20,000 nt of DNA, from IMG/VR virus record IMGVR_UViG_2851443076_000002, positions 50,036 through 70,035 of that record; one strand, 5' to 3'. The stretch's first letter is position 1. Every line of letters starts with the position of its first letter. Below the pieces are notes generated by a model that was not told the origin of the DNA, did no database searches, and worked only from the letters and a program-made list of their open reading frames with translations. Shown piece after piece: positions 1 through 7,021 of this stretch. The DNA comes from an uncultured virus (IMG/VR IMGVR_UViG_2851443076_000002). Lineage: Duplodnaviria; Heunggongvirae; Uroviricota; Caudoviricetes. The position numbers and the translations under genes are program-made.

Positions 1-95
1 TGATCAGCGTGGGAACTCCATCCCATACGCCATGAAATGGCACAGGACATTAGCAGGATTGCTATTGCGATGATAACGGCGGTTAAGCGACTCAT
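1..95 (-). CDS. Rz-like i-spanin, 5' part (runs off the window)
   Basis: ATG at 95 overlaps the endolysin stop (ATGA). Translates [31 protein letters not shown], an N-terminal TM segment. Position directly after the endolysin. Confidence 0.75.
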   Translation of the reverse strand, partial: MSRLTAVIIAIAILLMSCAISWRMGWSSHAD

Positions 96-589
96 CTTTG
101 CTCCCATAAACACACTTCACGCTCAATTTCCCTCCGGGTAATAAGTCCTTTCCACTGCTTACCTTTGGCATAGGTCCAGCGGCGCAGCTGATCACACGCA
201 CCTTTCTGGTCACCCTGGTTGATTTTGCGAAGCAGAGTAGAGGTCTGGAAGTTCCCGGCTCCGACGTTATAGGCGAATGAGTACAGAGCCCCACGCATTG
301 TTTCTGGGATCGGTTTTTTGATGTAAGGGTTGATCTGCCAGGCGACGGTATTCAGGTCTTTATTTAGTAGCGCCCGACACTCTGCCTCGGTATAGGTTTT
401 GCCGAGCATGATGTCTTTACCTGCGTGGCCGTAGCAAACCGTCCAGACACCTACCACATCCTGATAAGGGGAGTATCGCACTCCCTCAAGCCCATCATTA
501 CCCATCGGGCCAGTGATGAGTGCAGAGGCAATCGCCAGGGCCCCGCCGCCCACCGCCGCAAGAACAGTTTTACGTAGTGTCGGAGACAT
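92..589 (-). CDS. SAR endolysin (phage 21 R-like, GH24 lysozyme)
   Basis: Gly/Ala-rich N-terminal SAR segment ([19 protein letters not shown]). Catalytic E-x8-D-x5-T ([16 protein letters not shown]). C-terminal [10 protein letters not shown]. Confidence 0.96.
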   Translation of the reverse strand: MSPTLRKTVLAAVGGGALAIASALITGPMGNDGLEGVRYSPYQDVVGVWTVCYGHAGKDIMLGKTYTEAECRALLNKDLNTVAWQINPYIKKPIPETMRGALYSFAYNVGAGNFQTSTLLRKINQGDQKGACDQLRRWTYAKGKQWKGLITRREIEREVCLWEQR

Positions 590-804
590 TATTCACCTCG
601 AGCAGTTTTTCGCCGGTCTTCTTTAATTTTGAAGTACAGATTCGTCAGGTATGTCAGCAAGCCAAATACCAGACTTCCCAGAACACCAATAGCGGCCCAC
701 TGGGATGGGGATACTTTGTCGAGCAATTGCAACATCCAGAACCCCGCGTTACCTGCGGACGTTCCGTAGGCAATACCTGTTGTTAGCTTGTCCATTCGAT
801 ACAT
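589..804 (-). CDS. Pinholin (phage 21 S-like) with dual start
   Basis: [18 protein letters not shown]...[35 protein letters not shown]. 71 aa from ATG 804, second Met at 795, GGAGGTGGAG RBS upstream. Confidence 0.95.
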   Translation of the reverse strand: MYRMDKLTTGIAYGTSAGNAGFWMLQLLDKVSPSQWAAIGVLGSLVFGLLTYLTNLYFKIKEDRRKTARGE

Positions 805-902
805 ACTCCACCTCCGGGTTAACGGGGTGCTTTGTGTTTGATAAGGTTCAGGACCGGCAGGAGGAAATCTTATCAATGATGATTCCAGGTACCTGAAAAT
901 GA

Positions 903-926
903 AAAAACCACCCTGAATAGGTGGCT
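903..926 (-). terminator. Intrinsic terminator upstream of the holin
   Basis: Minus strand AGCCACC-TATTCAG-GGTGGTTTTT: hairpin followed by a U tract. Confidence 0.65.
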
Positions 927-996
927 AGATAATTCAACGCGAGCTATGTGCCCGGGGATAGTGTATTGTTGCGGACCATTCATTAGGAAATATCAT

Positions 997-1167
997 ATGC
1001 AACAACGCAAAAACTCAAAAAACAATCGCAACTACCTCATCAAATGTACCTGCCCTAGCTGCACCAACCAATCAGAACATAGTTACACCCGAGTCCAGAA
1101 AGGCTCTGCGCTGATGTGCCCTCACTGTAGTAAGATTTTCACTCAAGACAAACTTCCCACCGCTTAG
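997..1167 (+). CDS. ynfU: YnfU-family zinc-ribbon protein (moron)
   Basis: MQQRKNSKNNRNYLIKCTCPSC...SEHSYTRVQKGSALMCPHCSKIF, two CxxC pairs, closely resembles Qin YnfU. AGGA RBS before ATG 997. Confidence 0.85.
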   Translation: MQQRKNSKNNRNYLIKCTCPSCTNQSEHSYTRVQKGSALMCPHCSKIFTQDKLPTA

Positions 1168-1318
1168 GCTTTACATCATCATAATCTCTGGTAATGCATC
1201 CACTGCTGCGCTCGTATAGATTAGAGAAGTAAGCCCATTAGGCAATGCGGCCGATGAATACCTGTTAGACGGGTCTCGGCTTACTGGCAGAAAATTAACG
1301 TTCTGGCATCGGCAAGAT

Positions 1319-1346
1319 AAAAGGCCTGCCGCAATGGAAGGCCTTT
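1319..1346. terminator. Hairpin terminator, probably bidirectional, directly 3' of RNA motif copy 1
   Basis: AAAAGGCCT...AGGCCTTT inverted repeat. Confidence 0.6.
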
Positions 1347-1363
1347 AGGGGGTTATGCAGTAT

Positions 1364-1470
1364 GTGTGGTGCCGGGTGCCTCCCGGTAAGTCAGCCCCAG
1401 TCAACAGACCCGCGTGTGTGCTCAAAGAAAAAATTGACTGGTCGCCCCACCGCACAGGGGGATTCACCAC
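1364..1470 (-). ncRNA. Structured small RNA, copy 1 of a 3-copy motif
   Basis: Homologous to 2317-2427 and 15431-15578. Closing stem GUGGUG/CACCAC, conserved ACCGGGAGGCACCCGG hairpin, CCAGUC/GACUGG loop pairing. G-U pairs favour the minus strand. Confidence 0.75.
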
Positions 1471-1476
1471 ACACCC

Positions 1477-1506
1477 ACATTAGCTACACGATATGCGCCT
1501 GGTCAA
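1477..1506 (-). promoter_or_regulatory. Sigma70-like promoter for RNA copy 1
   Basis: TTGACC-N18-TAATGT ending 6 nt before the first G of the motif. Confidence 0.6.
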
Positions 1507-1641
1507 TTCAATGTAACCAGTAAAATACATCTTTCGGAAACTGTATAACCTAGCGGGCAATAATTAATCACTGCATATTTAATCATTACAAAAACAACAA
1601 TAAATTTTCATATCTGTTATCAAATTAAGAAAAAATACTGT

Positions 1642-1655
1642 TAGGAATTTTCTCA
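1642..1655. promoter_or_regulatory. Putative RcsAB box
   Basis: TAGGAATTTTCTCA (reverse complement TGAGAAAATTCCTA) matches the RcsAB consensus TaAGaatatTCctA. Lies ~65 nt upstream of the small membrane protein ORF. Confidence 0.5.
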
Positions 1656-1720
1656 CTTAACTCGCACACTACGCCTCACGCGAACCACAATATCGATAGT
1701 CTTTCAGAGGATAAGCTCAC

Positions 1721-1840
1721 ATGACAACCATAATGATGCTAGCGTTAGCTGTTGTTCTTCTTTTAGTTGCAGTGGGTTCACTGATGTCTTACATCAAAGA
1801 AAGACGCGGATATAAAAAAACTTTCAAAAAAAGATATTAA
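1721..1840 (+). CDS. 39-aa small membrane protein (not in the ORF track)
   Basis: MTTIMMLALAVVLLLVAVGSLMSYIKERRGYKKTFKKRY: one TM helix plus a basic tail. GAGGA RBS at 1707-1711; terminator follows. Confidence 0.8.
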   Translation: MTTIMMLALAVVLLLVAVGSLMSYIKERRGYKKTFKKRY

Positions 1841-1862
1841 CGGTTATCCACTTTTCAAGAAG

Positions 1863-1900
1863 CAGGGGTAGTGGTACGTAAACATTCCCCCTGTTTTTTT
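1863..1900 (+). terminator. Terminator after the small membrane protein gene
   Basis: CAGGGGG...CCCCCTG followed by a T run. Confidence 0.6.
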
Positions 1901-2123
1901 GCTACCACCTTTGGGAACAAAGAACTGCCTTAATCTATAAGTGCTCTCGCTTGTGATGTTCAATTTACCGTTAAAGCGCTCAAGCTGTTGAGCTAAAACC
2001 GCAGTCTGGTGCGAATCTTGCGCGTATGAGATTAAACGTGAAGTACAGCACGCTGTAATCCAATTACCATGACCTGATTACTGATGTGAAAAGCCCAAGT
2101 AGTGCTTAGGCTAGATTATGAAC

Positions 2124-2149
2124 AAAAAAAACCCGCTTAGAGAAGCGGG
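2124..2149 (-). terminator. Intrinsic terminator
   Basis: Minus strand CCCGCTT-CTCT-AAGCGGG followed by T8. Confidence 0.8.
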
Positions 2150-2316
2150 AAGAAAGTTGGCAACCAAGGCTGTAACGAAAGGAAGGTGCACCTAATAGTC
2201 CGAGCTACCGATTTACCAGGAAAGCCTTCTTTTTTTACCGTTACGTTCGTTAACCATAGCCTGACAGACAAAAAGAGCAAGGTTTTTGTCATTACAGTCA
2301 CTATGTTAAGGCATTA

Positions 2317-2427
2317 GTGTGGTGCCGGGTGCCTCCCGGTGAGCATGCCCCAGTCGGCATGGCCCGCGCTGCATTTACAGGTTTCTGTAACTGACTGGTC
2401 GCCCCTCCGCATAGGGGGATTCACCAC
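2317..2427 (-). ncRNA. Structured small RNA, copy 2 of a 3-copy motif
   Basis: GUGGUG AAU CCCCC UAUGC GGAGGG GCGA CCAGUC ... CAUGCC GACUGG GGCAUG CUC ACCGGGAGGCACCCGG CACCAC. Confidence 0.78.
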
Positions 2428-2433
2428 CTCGAT

Positions 2434-2463
2434 AATTTATGATGCAAACATTCAAAGTGTCAA
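2434..2463 (-). promoter_or_regulatory. Sigma70-like promoter for RNA copy 2
   Basis: TTGACA-N18-TAAATT ending 6 nt before the first G of the motif, the same register as copy 1. Confidence 0.65.
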
Positions 2464-2608
2464 TATCTGACCATACCGCCAGCGCCTCTGCCATAATATA
2501 AGCCAACAACGCCCACTTAAATTGTATGCATTCTAATACTTAAAGCTATTGCGAAGCCCTGACTCAATGTAGCACTCACTGATATCAGGTAAATACGAGG
2601 TAAGTAAA

Positions 2609-2812
2609 ATGCTATCTACTGATAACCAAAGAATTTCAGAGATTTTTGAACGTTTGGCAGAAATAGCAGCTAAAACTGCTGAATTAACAAGCAACCCTAA
2701 TCTATCCCCTGCTCAAAAGCAGGCAGCATGTGACAGTTACTTTAGCGAACATGATCAGTTAACAACCGAAGCCCTAGAGATCTTCAAAAAAATCACTAAA
2801 AATCCTCGGTGA
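2609..2812 (+). CDS. Hypothetical 67-aa helical protein (moron, opposite to the late operon)
   Basis: Clean ORF with GAGGT RBS; amphipathic helical composition; no recognised motif. Confidence 0.7.
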   Translation: MLSTDNQRISEIFERLAEIAAKTAELTSNPNLSPAQKQAACDSYFSEHDQLTTEALEIFKKITKNPR

Positions 2813-2847
2813 ATGCTGAAGCATGTGAGATTGCGTATGCAATACGA

Positions 2848-2901
2848 CGATATGACAGGGGTATTGATGCAGCGCATCTCGCGAATACCCCTGTCGTATC
2901 G
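2848..2901. repeat. 18-bp inverted repeat (long RNA stem)
   Basis: CGATATGACAGGGGTATT / AATACCCCTGTCGTATCG with one wobble, enclosing GATGC-AGC-GCATC. Confidence 0.85.
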
Positions 2902-2910
2902 CCGGAAAGC

Positions 2911-2935
2911 AAAAACCCCGCACGGGCGGGGTCTT
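2911..2935 (-). terminator. tR'-like terminator
   Basis: Minus strand GACCCCGC-CCGT-GCGGGGTTTTT, ~65 nt downstream of the pR'-like promoter. Confidence 0.8.
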
Positions 2936-2999
2936 CGTTATATTTAGATTGTCGCTTTTTTTCGCTGCCGAGTGGCGCAGCTCTGCCAAGCATGAAGGG

Positions 3000-3027
3000 A
3001 TTATCTAACTTTCTGGCCCGTTTTCAA
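3000..3027 (-). promoter_or_regulatory. pR'-like late promoter
   Basis: TTGAAA-N16-GATAAT immediately downstream of the Q-like gene and upstream of a terminator. Confidence 0.6.
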
Positions 3028-3055
3028 TACCAAACAGGAAACATAGCACTTTTTG

Positions 3056-3658
3056 CTAATCCGCATGAATCGCCTTATGAACGGAAAGGAAAGCTTTTGC
3101 TCTGAATATTTCAAGGCACCAGCGCACTCTTTTCCGGGCCTCACTGTCTGTTAACCATGGCGCCACCAGCTGTATTTCCCGTGTTATGTCTGAGATTTTT
3201 TTGCGGGTGGTGTAATAGTTAACGCCAACGAGATAAACCGGATCACCCGTTTCAAATATCGCCAGTACACATCGTTCAACAAATTCAACATCATCCTCAG
3301 TGATCGCAGCGTCAATGGCGACCGTTGCAGGCTTCGGCCACAAAATGGCATGCGCCCTGCTTAATGCCTGTCGCCCGCGATACCCTTCACTTCTTGCCTG
3401 CTCGATTGCTGCCGTAAAGCGTTCTAATGCTTTATCTGACCAGTGATCACCCTTCATTCCTCGCCAGCATGAATGTCCTGATGGTTTACGCGGGGCAGCA
3501 CCTCCTCTCATCCCTTCCCCCCAAACAGTAAGCAGAGATTTTATCCAGGCGGACTGAATGCCACTAAGGGGAGTGAATCGGCCCAGCCAGCTTTTGCGCG
3601 GGGCGGCGGCCACTGTTTCTAATCCTGCACGGTGCAGACGGCGTTGACGTGGTGTCAT
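3056..3658 (-). CDS. Late antitermination protein Q-like (DUF1133-like)
   Basis: Last gene before pR'/tR' and the lysis cassette; WIKSLLTVWG motif and basic C-terminal HTH-like region; AGGAGAAGGA RBS. Confidence 0.7.
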   Translation of the reverse strand: MTPRQRRLHRAGLETVAAAPRKSWLGRFTPLSGIQSAWIKSLLTVWGEGMRGGAAPRKPSGHSCWRGMKGDHWSDKALERFTAAIEQARSEGYRGRQALSRAHAILWPKPATVAIDAAITEDDVEFVERCVLAIFETGDPVYLVGVNYYTTRKKISDITREIQLVAPWLTDSEARKRVRWCLEIFRAKAFLSVHKAIHAD

Positions 3659-3674
3659 TCTGTCCTTCTCCTTA

Positions 3675-4706
3675 CTACGCCAGAACGCCGAGCGCGTATG
3701 CCCGGTCCAGCAATTTAATAATCAATACCGGCTGGGCGCCGTATTCACGCTCAAAAGCGGCAGGGTCATGGTGCAAAGCACGGTGGTGCTTGCGGCATAA
3801 TGGGATCGTAAAAATATCGTGGGCCTTGGTGCCTACGCCGCCCTGCCCCCAGCCAATAAGATGGTGTGCATCATCTGCAGGCTGCCCGCAGCACATACAC
3901 GGCTGTTTTTTAACCCATGAGATAAAGTCAGCTGATAACCATCGGCTCCGCTTAGGTCTCGCGAATAGTGTCGCCGGTGCAACAGGATCGACGTTCACAG
4001 GAACCAGAGGTTTGCCCGGCGTTGTTATTGCCGTTGGCTTGATTGCTTTTTCGAGACGGGGAGAAAGAATGCTGGTGGCCGGTACCGACGGAACAATCTC
4101 ACTCTCCCTGTAAACCGATTTAATGCCATCGTCTTTAATACGCAGGGATCGGCGCGCCATTTCTTCTGTAATTTCATCGCCAATCCCGGCGCCTACCGCC
4201 CACCAGCATAGCTCCGCCAGTGACAATGAGCGCTGAGCGTCCAGACCAAGCGCGATGCGGGCAGTGTCGATTACCCAGTCAGCGTTGTTAACACCTACCA
4301 GTTGATCGAGGGTTTGTTCCGTTTGGTTTTTCAGCTCATTATCACAGTGCCAGCATGCGATTATTACACCCGTCGAATGGCGAAATGGGACAAGCTCATG
4401 GTGATGGTAATCGGAATGTGCCCACTGACAGTTTTTAACCTGCCGGCACAACCATGATTCTAAAGCACTAACACCACCAGCCGCCGTGATAACAGCTTTC
4501 TTCATGAAAAATGGTCTGAGCCCCATATCATCCCGCAACGGCTGCCGGGCATCAGGAAGTCGTCCACTGGGTATCTTTTTCATACTTGCCGGCGGTATTT
4601 CCACAAGAACCCGGCCGGAGCCGAATAACGGCATTAATTCACTACCCGGCTTAAGCAGCACAATTCCAAGATGGCGTGCAATATCCACGTTAAGCAAAGC
4701 TCGCAT
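3675..4706 (-). CDS. DUF968 (YdfU-like) protein with C-terminal Zn/His-Me-like motif
   Basis: MRALLNVDIARHLGIVLLKPGSEL start; C-terminal WVKKQPCMCCGQPADDAHHLIG...IPLCRKHH. ATG 4706 overlaps the upstream stop. Confidence 0.9.
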   Translation of the reverse strand: MRALLNVDIARHLGIVLLKPGSELMPLFGSGRVLVEIPPASMKKIPSGRLPDARQPLRDDMGLRPFFMKKAVITAAGGVSALESWLCRQVKNCQWAHSDYHHHELVPFRHSTGVIIACWHCDNELKNQTEQTLDQLVGVNNADWVIDTARIALGLDAQRSLSLAELCWWAVGAGIGDEITEEMARRSLRIKDDGIKSVYRESEIVPSVPATSILSPRLEKAIKPTAITTPGKPLVPVNVDPVAPATLFARPKRSRWLSADFISWVKKQPCMCCGQPADDAHHLIGWGQGGVGTKAHDIFTIPLCRKHHRALHHDPAAFEREYGAQPVLIIKLLDRAYALGVLA

Positions 4707-4909
4707 CAGTCCCTCCACATCTTCTGTATGTAGGTCCTGTCAATCCGTGGCGGCTTCTTCGATTCCGGCAACAGCACGCGGATCTCCCACGATGCAAAGT
4801 CTCTGGATAAGCTCTTCTCAACCACACAGTTATTTTTACGGTATCGCTCCACCAGCTCTGTAGCCTCAGCCTCTGAAAGTTGCTCGTGTAAAAACCAACT
4901 TTTCTTCAT
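4706..4909 (-). CDS. Conserved prophage hypothetical protein
   Basis: Translationally coupled on both sides; MKKSWF...LVERYRKNNCVVEKSLSRD type typical of nin-like regions. Confidence 0.8.
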   Translation of the reverse strand: MKKSWFLHEQLSEAEATELVERYRKNNCVVEKSLSRDFASWEIRVLLPESKKPPRIDRTYIQKMWRD

Positions 4910-5298
4910 GGCTGATCACCGAACAGTCGCAAAAACTCAATCGCTCTTTCACGCGCGCCGGGTTCTTCAGCGATCATTTCCTGCAGCAGCTGCACGGCGA
5001 GCATAGGCTCCTTTCGCCCGACGATGGAAATTCCTCTGGAGACACGGCGAGAGAGTTTTATAAAATTTTTTCTCTCTAACGCACGCAGATGCAACAGGAC
5101 AGCATTAGACGAGCTAACGCCGAGCATATCGGCCAGCTCAGATAGCGTAGGTGGGTAGCCATGCTGATTGATGTAGGCCACCAGCAGATCGAAAACTTCC
5201 TGCTGTCGAAAAGTTAGTTTTGAAGACGAAAGCAAACCGGCGCTCGATGAAGGAGCACCAGTCTGATGGGATTTTGATACTTCGGGGGTTTGCGTCAT
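4906..5298 (-). CDS. LexA-type DNA-binding-domain protein without peptidase domain
   Basis: LTFRQQEVFDLLVAYINQHGYPPTLSELADMLGVSSSNAVLLHLRALERKNFI matches the LexA N-terminal wHTH. Start MTQT at 5298 with GGAGAG RBS. Confidence 0.85.
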   Translation of the reverse strand: MTQTPEVSKSHQTGAPSSSAGLLSSSKLTFRQQEVFDLLVAYINQHGYPPTLSELADMLGVSSSNAVLLHLRALERKNFIKLSRRVSRGISIVGRKEPMLAVQLLQEMIAEEPGARERAIEFLRLFGDQP

Positions 5299-5338
5299 GG
5301 TTTCTCTCCGCGACGCAGCAGGTATAGGTTGTTCAGGC

Positions 5339-5587
5339 CTATGAAAGGAGTGTAACAGAATTCTTGCAAACGCGATAACCAGCACGCTCAAGCATCTGCG
5401 TAAAGAGTGTCGGTGTTCCTATAATATCATCATCCTGTAACGGCATGAATGACACCTCATCACCGCGTCTGTACATGAGCGCGCGCCCAGATTCCGGAAA
5501 TGAGTGCAGTCTTGCAACAATAGCCCCATCGTGGCACCGAATGACCGCGTAGCCCTTACATGGTAATTCCTGTTTATGTTTCACCAA
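5339..5587 (-). CDS. Small prophage protein, candidate antirepressor
   Basis: 82 aa, GTG start with GGAGAGGA RBS; second gene of the LexA-box dinI operon. Function is inferred from position only. Confidence 0.7.
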   Translation of the reverse strand: MVKHKQELPCKGYAVIRCHDGAIVARLHSFPESGRALMYRRGDEVSFMPLQDDDIIGTPTLFTQMLERAGYRVCKNSVTLLS

Positions 5588-5624
5588 TCCTCTCCTTCAC
5601 ACTGGAAAGTCCTTGCAAGCTGTA

Positions 5625-5858
5625 TCAAATAAACCAGTCGTCTGCACTTTTCCAAGTCTGCAAGAGGATTTCCTCAATCTTGTTCTTAACCTCTTTTTTA
5701 CCACCGTAAACAGTAAACCCTTCAGTGCCTGTACGGCGTATAACCAGACTGTACTCGCCGAATTGATTCTGGAACCCACTCAGTAATTGTTGTTCCATCA
5801 CCTGAACTGAGCCTTTGAAGATTTTTTTAGTATAATCAATGCTTAACTTAACTTTCAT
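5625..5858 (-). CDS. dinI: DinI-family protein
   Basis: MKVKLSID...RRTGTEGFTVYGG...IEEILLQTWKSADDWF, the DinI C-terminal signature. GGAGG RBS; SOS box upstream. Confidence 0.88.
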   Translation of the reverse strand: MKVKLSIDYTKKIFKGSVQVMEQQLLSGFQNQFGEYSLVIRRTGTEGFTVYGGKKEVKNKIEEILLQTWKSADDWFI

Positions 5859-5878
5859 AGATGCCTCCACTGCTTAAG

Positions 5879-5894
5879 CTGTATGCATATACAG
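5879..5894. promoter_or_regulatory. LexA (SOS) box
   Basis: CTGTATGCATATACAG = CTGT-N8-ACAG, 20 nt upstream of dinI. Confidence 0.92.
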
Positions 5895-6080
5895 TACACC
5901 TATACTTGTGATTGATCAATGGTTTAACAGCACGAATTGTTAAGTAATGGAGGTTTATCCTCCTTGTAGGTACATATAAAATAAGTGGAATTATCATCAT
6001 GGCAAGGGGAATGGTCTGTGGAACACCACCTGAGCAGATGATGTTCAAAATGAGGGATTACAATTAAAATGTGAAATTAA

Positions 6081-6941
6081 TTACCCTTTAAATTTTGCTG
6101 GGTCAGCACATTCCGGATACTTAAGACCATCGCTAAAATACATTACTTCATCTCCGGTATAACGCTCTTGAGCACTATAACTGATTCCATAAGATAAAGT
6201 TTTAGCAGAACTGTACATCGTACGAATTGGCAAAACATTATCATATGAAACTATCCAAGGTGTTTTAATCTCAGACTGTATTCTAGTAGAAATTAGAACG
6301 TGGTCCTCATGTAAATAATGATTTTCATATAATCCTTTGCCCTTAACATAATATGGAGGGTCAAAATATGTCAAAGAGTTCTCTGGCAATGCCATTATTA
6401 CTTTTGTAATAAAATCATCAGCATCGAGATTAAAAACATGAATTTGATTCTTTTTTTCGGCTATTAGTTTAATCCGCCGTATCAAATCCTCCTTATTGTA
6501 TCTGGCATCCAATTTCCATTTTCCTGATTGATTCTTGCCTCCGATCACTCCCCCCTTAAGTATACCAGAGCGATTTGTTCTATTAAGAAAGAATGTAGCA
6601 AATGCAAGTTGAAGAAGATCCTGATTTTCAGGGTTCGTAATTATTGATTTCTGAAAATGCCACTCATCCATTGTAACATCAGTTCTCAGAATCATGTGGC
6701 ATAATTCATCAGTTCGATTGAGCACACTATCCCAAAAAGAATATACAGCAAGATTCAAATCATTAAGATATATTTGTGAAGCACTTTCTTTAAAAAGTAA
6801 CTTCAACGCCAAACCTGCACCACCCGCGTATGGCTCTGCGTAATGCAGATCCTGTAACTTATTCATTCCTATGATTTTATCCATAAAATTGAACAATTTA
6901 CCCTTACCGCCTGGATAACGTAATGGCGTATTAAACCGCAT
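6081..6941 (-). CDS. Dam/D12-class N6-adenine DNA methyltransferase
   Basis: RYPGGKGKL, EPYAGGAG (SAM binding), DPPYY (catalytic). Likely start MRFNTPL at 6941 with GAGGTG RBS. Confidence 0.93.
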   Translation of the reverse strand: MRFNTPLRYPGGKGKLFNFMDKIIGMNKLQDLHYAEPYAGGAGLALKLLFKESASQIYLNDLNLAVYSFWDSVLNRTDELCHMILRTDVTMDEWHFQKSIITNPENQDLLQLAFATFFLNRTNRSGILKGGVIGGKNQSGKWKLDARYNKEDLIRRIKLIAEKKNQIHVFNLDADDFITKVIMALPENSLTYFDPPYYVKGKGLYENHYLHEDHVLISTRIQSEIKTPWIVSYDNVLPIRTMYSSAKTLSYGISYSAQERYTGDEVMYFSDGLKYPECADPAKFKG

Positions 6942-7021
6942 AAAGCACCTCGTATGTATCAGCCAATATTGTACCAAATTTGAAAAGGTTATGGCCATAC
7001 AATAATTCAACGTAAAAACAA

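Noticed and set aside
1364..2427. tRNA genes or a CRISPR array in the Q-lysis interval
   Set aside because: No T-loop GTTCRA, anticodon arm or CCA arrangement, and no regularly spaced repeat-spacer units.
2774..3105. Three overlapping short ORFs around pR'/tR'
   Set aside because: They run through promoter, terminator and hairpin elements that explain the sequence better.
3649..4863. Plus-strand ORFs 3649-4113 and 4486-4863
   Set aside because: Antisense shadows of the DUF968 gene with no RBS or protein-like motif.
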